Below are positions 39,802 through 49,561 of a DNA stretch of 64,000 bases, piece by piece. The notes beneath the pieces are model-generated. The model made no database searches. It saw only the letters and a list, made by a program, of their open reading frames with translations, and was not told where the DNA came from. Both the position numbers and the translations under genes were made by a program. The first letter of the stretch is position 1; the number at the start of each line of letters is the position of its first letter. The stretch covers positions 1,920,001-1,984,000 of the forward strand of contig JAKFCY010000002.1 in the NCBI GenBank assembly GCA_036676395.1, given 5' to 3'. This DNA is from Bdellovibrio sp. GTDB lineage: Bacteria; Bdellovibrionota; Bdellovibrionia; Bdellovibrionales; Bdellovibrionaceae.

Positions 39802-40293
39802 ATGCCTACAAGAACAAGATTCAAAGTACCAGTTAAAAGAAGCCAATCGTTCGGTCTAAACATTACCTCGATGACAGATATGTTCACGATCTTACTGGTC
39901 TTCTTATTACAAAGTTTCGCCGCTGGCGAAGTTCAAATTGATCCGGCTGAAGGTGTACGTCTGCCGCAATCGATGACAGAGAAAAATCCTGTCGACGGTG
40001 CGCGCGTATCAGTTTCAGCTAAAGAGATCAAATTTGATCAAAAAGTTGTGGCGTTAATTAAAGACAATAAAATAGATAGCGCAGCTTTAGATGCGCATGA
40101 TAATCAATTTATCAAACCGCTATTTGACGAATTAAAAAAATTAAACACAGAAAATGAAAAACTGGCTAAGACCGGCAAAGTATTATTACAAGCCGATCAA
40201 GATCTTCCTTATGCAACATTACGTAAAATTATGTATACGGCATCTATGGCTGGATTTCCAAATCTAAAGCTTGTAACAACTGTGGGTAACTAA
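39802..40293 (+). CDS. aglS: ExbD/TolR-family protein (AglS-like)
   Basis: LNITSMTDMFTILLVFLL and QAD..LPY..L.KIMYTA..AGF. Confidence 0.85.
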   Translation: MPTRTRFKVPVKRSQSFGLNITSMTDMFTILLVFLLQSFAAGEVQIDPAEGVRLPQSMTEKNPVDGARVSVSAKEIKFDQKVVALIKDNKIDSAALDAHDNQFIKPLFDELKKLNTENEKLAKTGKVLLQADQDLPYATLRKIMYTASMAGFPNLKLVTTVGN

Positions 40294-40307
40294 ATATGAC
40301 GACAACT

Positions 40308-40347
40308 ATGACTCTTAATTCAATTATAAAGGATGAAGTAAATATGA
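40308..40347 (+). repeat. Duplicated leader element, copy 1
   Basis: 35/40 identical to 46632-46671; the last 20 nt are identical. Confidence 0.9.
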
Positions 40348-40353
40348 ACTCAG

Positions 40354-43300
40354 ATGAGTAAACATTTATTAATAATCGTTCTTCTTTGCACTACGCAATT
40401 CGCGGCGCAATTCACCAATGCAGCCCAAGATGAGGCCAAAGGCCTATTACCTGAAGTTAAACTTAACTCTGATAATGAAGAAGTTAATACTGAAAAAGCT
40501 TTCAAATCTGAAGTGTTAATCACTAAAGCCGAAGCCAAAGCTATTGAGTCTTTAAAAAGGATTATTCAAAAGAAAAAAGGCACTGCCGAAGAAGCAGATT
40601 TACAATACCGCCTGGCCGAACTTTACATGCGTCGCGCTAAGTCGGGCCGTTTTTTTGATTTAAATGAAGGTGCCAGCAATAAGCTTGATAAATTAGGCGT
40701 GCAAAGCCAAAAATCAATCGAGTCGTTAAAATTAGCTATCGACATTTACAACAAAATTGAAAAGCAATTTCCTAATTACAAACAATTAGATGAAGTTCTT
40801 TTTAATAACGCTTTAGCCCACTCGCAAACCAAACAAATTGAGCGCGCTAAAGATTTATATAATAAATTAACCCACCAATTTCCAAAATCTTTTTTAATTC
40901 CTGATGCCCTGCTTGAAGTGGGCGAACTGTATTACAATCAACAGAATTTTTCTGTATCTTTAGACAAATTCAAAGCCATTGAAAAATACCCTAAATCAAA
41001 GGCTTATCCGTATGGTTTATATAAGTCTGCTTGGGCGTTATATAATTTAAAAAGAACTGACGAAGGCGTTCAGCAACTGGTTCAGGTTGTTAAAATCAAC
41101 CCAGCCGATGCACAGGATGAAAAAAAGTACAACTTACGTAAAGAAGCTTTACGTGATTTAACTTTATTTGTAGGTGAAACGACTCCCCCAGAACAGCTGT
41201 ACGGATTTTTCAAAAAACTATGTACTGAAAATGAACTTGGCGAAGTTGTTTACAACTTAGCTAATCTTTACGAATCACATTCGCGTTTTAAAGAGATTTC
41301 AATCTTTGCTAACGAATTTATCAATGAATTTCCGTCGAGCGAACATTCTTCGAAAGTTTACACTAAACTTATTGATGCAGAAGAGACTTTAAAAAACCGC
41401 CCACAGGTGATTTCACACCTTAAAAAATTCGGCAATCATTGCCAATTGTTAGTTGGTGAAAATCAAAAACCTTGTAAAGACAATTTTCGTAAAATTAGTT
41501 TAGAAATCTCTAAAAAATGGTGGGATATCTGGCTTAAAAATAAAAAGCATGTTGAATTTTCTAAGTTAACAGAACAAGCTTTTGAAATTCTACTATCACA
41601 AGAAGATGCGGCACTTCCCGATTCGACATCGCGTTATGCCTATGCAGAGCTGTTATTTCAATTAGAAAAATTTGAGGCAGCGCAGAATAACTATTTTACT
41701 GTTTCTAACCATAAAGGTTTAGATAAGACACGTTCACATGATGCCCTGTATGGCGCTTTATTCAGTGTCGAGAAACAACTAGAAAAAACTAAAGACGAAG
41801 TGCAAGTGGCCATGTTAACAGCTCAGCAAAAAGAGCTGGCTCAACGTTATGTTAAAGAATATCAAAACGGTGAACACTTTGAAAGTTTACAGTTTAAATT
41901 GGGTTTTATCGCGTACCAACAAAAGGAATACGATAAATCATTAGAAATTTTAACACCATTTACAACTAAATCTAAAAACACGCAGCTAAAAACTAAAGCT
42001 GAAGATATTGTATTAGATATTTATAACGTTAAAAAAGATTTTAAAAAAATCATGTCATTCTCTGGCCAGGTTGAAAAATCAGCCACAGATGATAAACGTA
42101 AAAAATATTTAAATCAAATTAATGAAGAAGCTAACTTTGCCCAGGTGCAAGTTGATTCTGCAAACTTAAAGGTTGATAAAAAAATTCAGCTTTTAAAAAA
42201 TTTCGCGTTATCGCATAAAAATTCAAAATTAGGCCAGGATTCATTATGGCAGTGCGTATCGTTAGCTTTTGCTAACGGGCTAGATGTCATGGGCGCCGAT
42301 CTTTCATTAGAGTATGCCAATGCCTACCCTTCTGATAAAAAGAACTTAGATGCCGTAAAAGATGCTGCTAATGCCTATGTTGAAGCCGGCCAGCTTAAAA
42401 AAGCTATTTCAACATTTCGTGAATTAGCGCGACTAGAACCAGCAAAATCTTTTGCTCACTTAGAAACATCTTGTGATTTATTGCGCGTAAATTCGCAATT
42501 ACCAGAAGCACGCGGTTGTTATAAAGCCTTATTTGATAAAGCCGAAAAAACTAAAAAGATCGAACTTCTAACTAAAATGATGAAAGCTTTCGGCGATAAA
42601 AAAAATCATGCAGAACTTGAATCTATTGAAAATCAGATCTTACGCGACAATATTGAACCTTATGCAACGCAAGTATTGATTTCTAAAGCCAGAGACCACT
42701 TAGTGAATAAAAAACATACTGAAGCTTTTAATCTTGCTATGAAAATTAATTCGCGCCCGGTGGATGCTGATGCTCGCGCTGAAGCGCGGTTAATTCAAGC
42801 GGCTGTATTAGAGCACGAATTTATCACTCAAAGCGTAAAAGCCCGTGAAAGTAAGTTTTCAATGGTTTTAGCCATGAAGACTGAAAAATTCGATAAAGCA
42901 TTTACGGCTTATTCATCAACGATCAAAATGTCTAAATCAGATAAGATCCAAGCTGAAGCTTTACAAGGTATTGACCGTTTATATGCTAACTTCGTTGAAG
43001 CATTGACCACTATGCCTGTGCCACAAAGTTTAACGCCAGATGAGCGTGATGGTTTAAAAGCTGAACTTGTGAAAATGTCGACGCCGTTTCAAGAAAAACG
43101 TAAAGAAAATTTAACTAAATTACGCCAAGTTTCAAAACTTTCGGCCACGAATAGCGAAATGATCAACTGGGGTGATTACAGTATCGAAAAAACTGTCGAG
43201 CCACGTTTGTTCTTTCCGTCTTACCAAAAGTTAACTCACTACTTACCGTCTAGTCTTACTGATTACAAAGACTATTCACGTTTACCAGCGTCAGATAAAA

Positions 43301-44010
43301 AGTGTGATTTACAAAAACCAGTCGCATCAAGCATCGGTGGCTGTATTCAGGCTAAACGTTACGCGGATGCAGAGAAAATGGCTCTTAAATTAACAGAGAC
43401 TAAAGAGCAACGTGCTATCGGTCTTTACTATTTAAGTGTTGTTGCTGATGCAAATGATGAAAACGACAAGGCTTTATGGATGATCGAAAAAGCCCAAACG
43501 TTAGAACCGTCTGTGGCCTTCTTTCATTTTCAAAAAGGGAAAGTTCTATATTCTGTCGAAGGAATCAACAGTGCTTTACCGAATTTTGAAAAAGCTTTTG
43601 ACATCAAAAAATCATCTAAAGAAATCACTGTCATGAACGCTTTAAAGTCGTTCTCAGATCGAGATTTTATTACGGCTTCGACTGAATTTTCGCTACTATC
43701 GACAGAAGACCTGTATAATTTTAATGTGGCTGTATTATACGTAGAATCCATTTTACAAAAAGGCGAAACGGCAGAGGCAGTAAGCCTGGCTCAAAGGCTA
43801 GTCAATGCACAGCCTAAAAATGTCGATATGCTTTTAGAGCAAGCCCGTATTTTTGAAGAATTTTCTTTAAAAAAAGAAGACGCCGTCCAGTCTTACCAAA
43901 AAGCCATGGGCGCAACACTGAATGCAGATCAAAAAGACTGGCTTAAAAAGAAAATTGAATTTTTAAAAACGAATAAAAATAGTCAGATTTCAATGAGTGT
44001 GGGTGAATAG
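40354..44010 (+). CDS. Large periplasmic TPR protein (GltD/AgmU-like, possibly with a fused GltE-like C-terminus)
   Basis: Signal peptide, many TPRs (RLAELY, YKSAW..YNL, LR.EALRDL). Lies after aglRQS. Confidence 0.75.
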   Translation: MSKHLLIIVLLCTTQFAAQFTNAAQDEAKGLLPEVKLNSDNEEVNTEKAFKSEVLITKAEAKAIESLKRIIQKKKGTAEEADLQYRLAELYMRRAKSGRFFDLNEGASNKLDKLGVQSQKSIESLKLAIDIYNKIEKQFPNYKQLDEVLFNNALAHSQTKQIERAKDLYNKLTHQFPKSFLIPDALLEVGELYYNQQNFSVSLDKFKAIEKYPKSKAYPYGLYKSAWALYNLKRTDEGVQQLVQVVKINPADAQDEKKYNLRKEALRDLTLFVGETTPPEQLYGFFKKLCTENELGEVVYNLANLYESHSRFKEISIFANEFINEFPSSEHSSKVYTKLIDAEETLKNRPQVISHLKKFGNHCQLLVGENQKPCKDNFRKISLEISKKWWDIWLKNKKHVEFSKLTEQAFEILLSQEDAALPDSTSRYAYAELLFQLEKFEAAQNNYFTVSNHKGLDKTRSHDALYGALFSVEKQLEKTKDEVQVAMLTAQQKELAQRYVKEYQNGEHFESLQFKLGFIAYQQKEYDKSLEILTPFTTKSKNTQLKTKAEDIVLDIYNVKKDFKKIMSFSGQVEKSATDDKRKKYLNQINEEANFAQVQVDSANLKVDKKIQLLKNFALSHKNSKLGQDSLWQCVSLAFANGLDVMGADLSLEYANAYPSDKKNLDAVKDAANAYVEAGQLKKAISTFRELARLEPAKSFAHLETSCDLLRVNSQLPEARGCYKALFDKAEKTKKIELLTKMMKAFGDKKNHAELESIENQILRDNIEPYATQVLISKARDHLVNKKHTEAFNLAMKINSRPVDADARAEARLIQAAVLEHEFITQSVKARESKFSMVLAMKTEKFDKAFTAYSSTIKMSKSDKIQAEALQGIDRLYANFVEALTTMPVPQSLTPDERDGLKAELVKMSTPFQEKRKENLTKLRQVSKLSATNSEMINWGDYSIEKTVEPRLFFPSYQKLTHYLPSSLTDYKDYSRLPASDKKCDLQKPVASSIGGCIQAKRYADAEKMALKLTETKEQRAIGLYYLSVVADANDENDKALWMIEKAQTLEPSVAFFHFQKGKVLYSVEGINSALPNFEKAFDIKKSSKEITVMNALKSFSDRDFITASTEFSLLSTEDLYNFNVAVLYVESILQKGETAEAVSLAQRLVNAQPKNVDMLLEQARIFEEFSLKKEDAVQSYQKAMGATLNADQKDWLKKKIEFLKTNKNSQISMSVGE

Positions 44011-44011
44011 T

Positions 44012-44278
44012 ATGAACGTAAAATTTTTAGCTTCTATAACATTGGCTTTAATCTTAACTTTTATGCCGTTTATGGTATCTGCAAAAAGCGCAGCGAAAAA
44101 AACGAAAACACGCGACGTTCAGGAAGTTAACTTTGGCGAAATGAACTTAAAAGGTACGATCAGAAATCCTGATGGCGCTTATTTAGTGCAAAAAAAGGGT
44201 ATTAAATTTATGCCATTGCACGATATCCAAAAAGACATGGATAAAAAGATTCGCGAAACTTCACTTTATATTGAATAG
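44012..44278 (+). CDS. Small GltF/CglF-like protein
   Basis: Signal peptide from ATG 44012 and VNFGEMNLKGTIRNPDGAYL. Located between the GltD-like and GltG-like genes. Confidence 0.65.
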   Translation: MNVKFLASITLALILTFMPFMVSAKSAAKKTKTRDVQEVNFGEMNLKGTIRNPDGAYLVQKKGIKFMPLHDIQKDMDKKIRETSLYIE

Positions 44279-44305
44279 TTTAATTTAAATACGGAGATAC
44301 TGAAT

Positions 44306-45754
44306 ATGAGTATTTTAAAGATCACACAAACGACACAAGATGGTCGCCGAAAAATCTGGAAGGTCGATACTAAAAAGTCATTACTGACTTTTGGTTCTTC
44401 GCGCAAAACAGACTTTGGCTCGATCGACCGCATGAGCACGCCATTTGATGCTGTTGTTGAAAACCGTCCAGATGGCTGGCATTTTATCAGCTTCGATATG
44501 AAGAATACGTCACCGGATTTAAAAATCGCGGATAACACTTCATTTGAATTTGCTGAATCAAAATTATTATTTAATATCGTTGAGAAAGAGGAATTTGTTC
44601 TTAGTGGCTTAGAAAACGTGAACCCCCAAATTACTACTAAGGGCACTAAGAAAAAAATTCTTATCGTTTCTAGAAACGGTAAAATTTTAAAAACTGAAGT
44701 TAAAGATGTTAATTACACTTTAACTTATTCAATCGGTGGCATTTCGCACACCCTACCCTTTAAAGGTAACGATTCATGGGAACACCATGAAATCGAAGGT
44801 TTTAATTTCAAATCTAAATTAATGAACTTAAATGAAGTGACTGATTTAGAAAAAAATCCTAACGAAGGCCTGGTTGATAAAGAAGGCAAAAAAATGTTGA
44901 TCCTGACTTTAGGAGCGATGTTTTTGTTCGTGGGTATCGGAGTTTTTGTACCAAAAAAAGATCTACTTGAAGAATTAACTGTACCGAAATCAAGCTCAAG
45001 CCTGGTTGTAAAAATGGAGTTCAAAAAACCTAAAGAAAAATCTGCAGGTCAACCGACTCCGGTTAAAATCAAACAAGCTGCGGCTACGGCACAAACTAAC
45101 CCTGCTGCTGGCGGCGGTAAAGTAAACGCCCTTTTAAAAGGTGCGATCGGCGTTCGTATTTCACAACTTATGGGTAAAGTTTCTGCGACCGAAGCGCGGA
45201 CCGCACAAGTTTTAGTAACTACATCAGGAGTTAAAGCTGGTGATGCTGATTCAGGCCGTGCCTTAGCTGCTGTTGGTAAAGCTGATTCATCAGGCCGTAA
45301 CTGGAATGGTGAAGCTACGGCTACTGCTGGTGGTAAAGGTGTATCAACTGGTGGCGTAGGTGCCGGCAAAGGCACTAGCGCAATGGGTACTGGCTTAGCG
45401 GCTGGTAAAACCGGTTCAGGTGGTGTTGGCCTTATCGAAGAAGAATCTGAAGTGGTTGGCGGTTTAGATCGCGAAGTTATCGCACAATATATCAAATCAC
45501 AACTTGGACAAATTCTTTATTGTTACGAACGCCAATTATCAGCAAATCCTGATTTATACGGTAAAGTGGCCGTGAAATTCACGATCGCCGGTACTGGCCA
45601 AGTTGAAACACAAGCTATTAACCAAACAACTTTAAAAAGTGTTCCGGTTGAAGGCTGTATCTTAAATAAAATCGCTAAATGGAAGTTTCCAGAGCCTAAA
45701 GGCGGAACGAAAGTGGTTGTGACCTACCCGTTCTTATTTAAGAGTACGAATTAA
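44306..45754 (+). CDS. GltG/AgmX(PglI)-like TonB-C-domain protein
   Basis: Cytoplasmic beta-rich N-terminus, one TM, Gly-rich linker and a C-terminal LD...I...I....YCYER.L...P.L.GKV...F.I...W.FP.P.GG....YPF.F. Confidence 0.85.
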   Translation: MSILKITQTTQDGRRKIWKVDTKKSLLTFGSSRKTDFGSIDRMSTPFDAVVENRPDGWHFISFDMKNTSPDLKIADNTSFEFAESKLLFNIVEKEEFVLSGLENVNPQITTKGTKKKILIVSRNGKILKTEVKDVNYTLTYSIGGISHTLPFKGNDSWEHHEIEGFNFKSKLMNLNEVTDLEKNPNEGLVDKEGKKMLILTLGAMFLFVGIGVFVPKKDLLEELTVPKSSSSLVVKMEFKKPKEKSAGQPTPVKIKQAAATAQTNPAAGGGKVNALLKGAIGVRISQLMGKVSATEARTAQVLVTTSGVKAGDADSGRALAAVGKADSSGRNWNGEATATAGGKGVSTGGVGAGKGTSAMGTGLAAGKTGSGGVGLIEEESEVVGGLDREVIAQYIKSQLGQILYCYERQLSANPDLYGKVAVKFTIAGTGQVETQAINQTTLKSVPVEGCILNKIAKWKFPEPKGGTKVVVTYPFLFKSTN

Positions 45755-45846
45755 TTTAGCTGTAATTTATTGGGTTGCACCCAAATATATTTAAGGGTTT
45801 AAAAAAATAACTTTAGGTAAAGGCCTAAGTAAAACAAAACGAGGAA

Positions 45847-46617
45847 ATGAAAAAGAACCAATTACTTCTTGCAGTTGCAACAATGATGTTATTCACCGCT
45901 CAACAGGCCTTCGCGCAATCAGCTTCTGGAACAATCAGAAGTTCTGATAAAGTTGATTTAAAAAAATTAGAAGATAAATACTGGTCTGCTAAAGATGAAG
46001 ACTACGGTGTTATCCAAAACAGAACTTACTCAAAAGCACAAAAATTTTATGGATCTCTTGTCGCCGGTACCTTAATCAATGACCCGTTTGCAGAAGCTAA
46101 ACCAATGGGCGCCATGCTTGGTTATTACTTCACAGAAGATTTCGGCGTCGAATTAAGCTATTTAAACCACGATGCAGATAAGAATGAAACTGTTGAAAAG
46201 TTAAATTCAGTCAACGTGGCGGTTTCGCCAAATTACAACTTAGTTAAAAATGCCATTACAGCTTCGGCAACGTACACGCCGTTTTATGCAAAGATGGCGT
46301 TTATGAATAAATCGATCATGTACTTTGACATGGGATTTACAGCAGGTCTTGGGATGACAACTTATGACCAAGTTTCAACACCTTCGCAAGGTGCTGCCGA
46401 ACAGTTGACTTCAAAGTCGACTCCGCATTTTGAACTGGGTTTTATGCAGCAGTTATTTATCAGTAAGAATTTTGCATTTCGTTTGGATTTAAAAAATACA
46501 TTCTATTCGCAAAAAGTAGTTCCTTACCAGTCAAATTTTAATACCACAACTGGTGAAGAAACTAAATCGTCGAATGATACGACATTAACATTCGGTGTAA
46601 CGTTATTTACGAATTAA
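45847..46617 (+). CDS. Outer-membrane beta-barrel (GltA/GltB-like)
   Basis: Signal peptide, VIQNR.Y.K, INDPF, P.YAK.A and a terminal beta-strand. Confidence 0.8.
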   Translation: MKKNQLLLAVATMMLFTAQQAFAQSASGTIRSSDKVDLKKLEDKYWSAKDEDYGVIQNRTYSKAQKFYGSLVAGTLINDPFAEAKPMGAMLGYYFTEDFGVELSYLNHDADKNETVEKLNSVNVAVSPNYNLVKNAITASATYTPFYAKMAFMNKSIMYFDMGFTAGLGMTTYDQVSTPSQGAAEQLTSKSTPHFELGFMQQLFISKNFAFRLDLKNTFYSQKVVPYQSNFNTTTGEETKSSNDTTLTFGVTLFTN

Positions 46618-46631
46618 TAGGGATATTTAAG

Positions 46632-46671
46632 ATGACTTTATTTTCAATTAAAAAGGATGAAGTAAATATGA
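46632..46671 (+). repeat. Duplicated leader element, copy 2
   Basis: 35/40 identical to 40308-40347. Confidence 0.9.
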
Positions 46672-46677
46672 TGTTTC

Positions 46678-48741
46678 ATGTCTACAAATAAATTTATTCT
46701 GGCCTTTGCTACACTAATGCTAGCAGTTTCGGCTGTTAACGCTCAAAAAGCCGCACCGAAATCGGCTGCAGCCAAACCTAAGATCGTTAACCTTTCTCGC
46801 GTGAATGTTCCAAGCGAAAAAGTGTTTCAACCAAAAGATGTCGGCGTACAATTGCCTGCGGCAAAGTCTTTTGTCGCTGTGAAATACAAAACTATTCTAT
46901 CACCAGGGGTAGTTGTTGTTCCGACAACAATAAAGCCTATTCCAGTTGTAGAAGCTGCCAAAGTGGTGATTAAGCCTGAACATATTGCGCAAATTCCGAT
47001 GGTTAAACCCGTTGATTTAGGTTTAGAGCCTATTCTTAACGAACCACAGCCTGAAGTGCAAAATCTAGTCGAAATTAAACCTGAAGAATACAAAATGATT
47101 CAGGCCCTAATTTTTATTGAATACCACAAACGTTATGACTTAGCGATGCCACTGTTTGTTGAATTAATGGATGTGCCATTGTACCAACAGCAAGCGACCT
47201 TTCACTACGCTGAAACGGCCTTAGGTTTAAAATTATATTCTGAATTTCGTCAAAAAATGCTGCAAATTTCGAAAGAGGCCAAAGATTTATCTATTAAAAA
47301 AATGGCTATCGAATCTTTAGTTAAAAATATGCAGCATTTGCCAATCTCAGATATTGAAATGATCGATCCAGTGGCTAAGCAATTTGATGTCGACACTGTT
47401 AATTTTCCGGCTTATCTATTGAAAAAAGCTAAGTACTATTCTGAAAAAGGCGATTTAAAAGAATTCGAAAATGCATTACTTTTAATTCCGACTGATTCAG
47501 CTGAGTATAAAGAAGGAACCCTTTTAAAATCAGTGCTTAATTACCGTCGTGGCCAATTAGACGAAGCTATCACTGAATTAGAAGTATTATGGCCATCAGT
47601 TGAAGAAAAGAAAAAAGACCCGATCAGGAATTTAGCGGCTTTAACATTAGCCCGTCTTAATTTTCAAAAAGGCGAATATAAAACAGCCTACAAATATTAC
47701 CTCTTAGTTGATAAAAATTCAGGCCAATGGCTGCAAAGTATGGTTGAACAAGCTTGGACACAAATCTTAGCTAACGATAATATTGGTGCTGCTGGTAATA
47801 TGTTTACCCTGCACACTGAGTTTTTCAGCAAATCTTATGCTCCAGAGACTTATGTTGTGCGCACTGTGGGCTATTTAAATTTATGCCAATACGGTGATGG
47901 CGTACACATTCTTGAAGATTTAAATAAACGTTATAAAGCAATTCATGAAGGTTTAGAAGGCTATCAAAAAGCCAACACTCAAGGCATGGCTTATTATGAT
48001 TTAGTTAAATCATTCTTAAAAAACACAAAACAAGAAAACTTTGACGGTGTTCCGCGTTCGTTCGTTGTTGAGCTGGCCCGTCACCCGTCTTATATGAACA
48101 TTCAGTCGCAAATCAACTCTTACGAAGATGAAAATTCTCGCTTTAACAAAGTGACTATTGACTTAATTCGCAAAGAGCGTGATGCACGTTTAGAAATGTT
48201 AAAAGCTAAAAACGAATTTACAGCCGCACAGCGCGAAGGCCGTAAAGGCGATAGCTTACGCAATCTAGAGAAAAAATACTTGTCTAAAGGTGTCGAGCAT
48301 TTAATTTACTCTCGTGCCCGCACAGGTATTAAAAAAATGCGTGAGGCAGCTCTTGCCCGCCTGACGAAAGAAGAAAACACCTTACGCGAAAAAGCTGGCA
48401 AAAATTTACAGGCACGCTTTGGTGTGTTAGCGGCAACACTTGATCGTTTAATCGATCAACAAGAAGTCTTAAGTTATGAAATCTATTCTGGAGCTGGCGA
48501 ACACATCCGTTACCAAATGGCTGGCGGCGAAGCTAAAAACACCGACGCAAGTAAACAACCAGCGTCTTTAACTCCAGACGATAAAGATAACTATGCGTGG
48601 AAATTTAAAGGCGAAGTTTGGGATGATGAAATCGGTCATTACCGCTCATCATTAAAAAATGTGTGTCCATCAGACGATCGCACGCCGAGCTCTGAGAATG
48701 CTTCAACAGACACAGCCGAAGACAAAGAAAGCCATAACTAA
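46678..48741 (+). CDS. GltC-like periplasmic TPR protein
   Basis: Signal peptide, LTLARL, E.AW, TLH..FF....PE...V....YL..CQY, and C-terminal W.F.GE.W.DEIG.YR..L...C. Confidence 0.8.
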   Translation: MSTNKFILAFATLMLAVSAVNAQKAAPKSAAAKPKIVNLSRVNVPSEKVFQPKDVGVQLPAAKSFVAVKYKTILSPGVVVVPTTIKPIPVVEAAKVVIKPEHIAQIPMVKPVDLGLEPILNEPQPEVQNLVEIKPEEYKMIQALIFIEYHKRYDLAMPLFVELMDVPLYQQQATFHYAETALGLKLYSEFRQKMLQISKEAKDLSIKKMAIESLVKNMQHLPISDIEMIDPVAKQFDVDTVNFPAYLLKKAKYYSEKGDLKEFENALLLIPTDSAEYKEGTLLKSVLNYRRGQLDEAITELEVLWPSVEEKKKDPIRNLAALTLARLNFQKGEYKTAYKYYLLVDKNSGQWLQSMVEQAWTQILANDNIGAAGNMFTLHTEFFSKSYAPETYVVRTVGYLNLCQYGDGVHILEDLNKRYKAIHEGLEGYQKANTQGMAYYDLVKSFLKNTKQENFDGVPRSFVVELARHPSYMNIQSQINSYEDENSRFNKVTIDLIRKERDARLEMLKAKNEFTAAQREGRKGDSLRNLEKKYLSKGVEHLIYSRARTGIKKMREAALARLTKEENTLREKAGKNLQARFGVLAATLDRLIDQQEVLSYEIYSGAGEHIRYQMAGGEAKNTDASKQPASLTPDDKDNYAWKFKGEVWDDEIGHYRSSLKNVCPSDDRTPSSENASTDTAEDKESHN

Positions 48742-48769
48742 TTTTTAATTTTTATAAAAGGAATAATTT

Positions 48770-49432
48770 ATGAAACAGACACAAAAGACAATTTTAACTA
48801 TCAGCGCAATCACAGCCATCAGTTTTTCTGCAGTCATAGCTTTTGCTGATCCCTATTCAGCACAAACTGGTCTTGAAAAAATTAAAATCAATGTTGAAAC
48901 CGCAAAGGCCAACAAAGGTGATTACGAAAAAAACTTAAGCATGATTAACGGCAATATGTCTGAGCTAGGCAAAGCCAAAGGCCAGGCCCAAAAGCAAAAA
49001 GATTCAGTGAATTCTGAAATCGTAAATAATAACGAAGCCCTTAAAAAAGTCGTCTTACAAGAAAAAGAATTACAAGCCTTAATCACCGCTGAAGAAACAA
49101 AGCGTGCCGAAGAAGAAAAACAACTGAAAGAGTTAGAAAGACTAACAACGCAAATTGGCGAAAACCAAAAAAAGCGCGAACAAATTATTGCTGATTATAA
49201 AAAGCAGATGGAACTTGTCGCTGAAGAGAAAAAATCATGGAAAGGCCGCGAAGGCGAACTGCGCGCGCAAGAAACAAAAACCATCGATGCATTACGTGGT
49301 TTAGCTTCACAAGAAGTGGCCTGGAACACAAAAAAGAAAACTTATGAATCAGAAGTTAAAAAATGGTCTTCAGAGCTTGATAAACAACAAAAAATCTCTG
49401 AAACATACCAAGGTTTAAAAGAGAACAAATAG
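48770..49432 (+). CDS. Secreted long coiled-coil protein
   Basis: Signal peptide (AFA) and continuous E/K/Q heptads. Last gene before the terminator. Confidence 0.75.
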   Translation: MKQTQKTILTISAITAISFSAVIAFADPYSAQTGLEKIKINVETAKANKGDYEKNLSMINGNMSELGKAKGQAQKQKDSVNSEIVNNNEALKKVVLQEKELQALITAEETKRAEEEKQLKELERLTTQIGENQKKREQIIADYKKQMELVAEEKKSWKGREGELRAQETKTIDALRGLASQEVAWNTKKKTYESEVKKWSSELDKQQKISETYQGLKENK

Positions 49433-49460
49433 CAACCCAACCTAAAACATTATTACTATG

Positions 49461-49497
49461 AGGCGAAGAACTTTGGTTTTTCGCCTTTTGTATTTTT
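49461..49497 (+). terminator. Rho-independent terminator of the gliding operon
   Basis: AGGCGAAGAAC-tttg-GTTTTTCGCCT followed by a T-rich tract. Confidence 0.75.
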
Positions 49498-49561
49498 AAA
49501 CTAAATAAACTTACGTCTAGTGCCGAATAGACTACTGTAAACACAAATTTGCAGAGGTTTT

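Noticed and set aside
45770..45784. TTGGGT-tgc-ACCCAA hairpin between the gltG-like and barrel genes
   Set aside because: A 6-bp stem with no U tract is too weak to call
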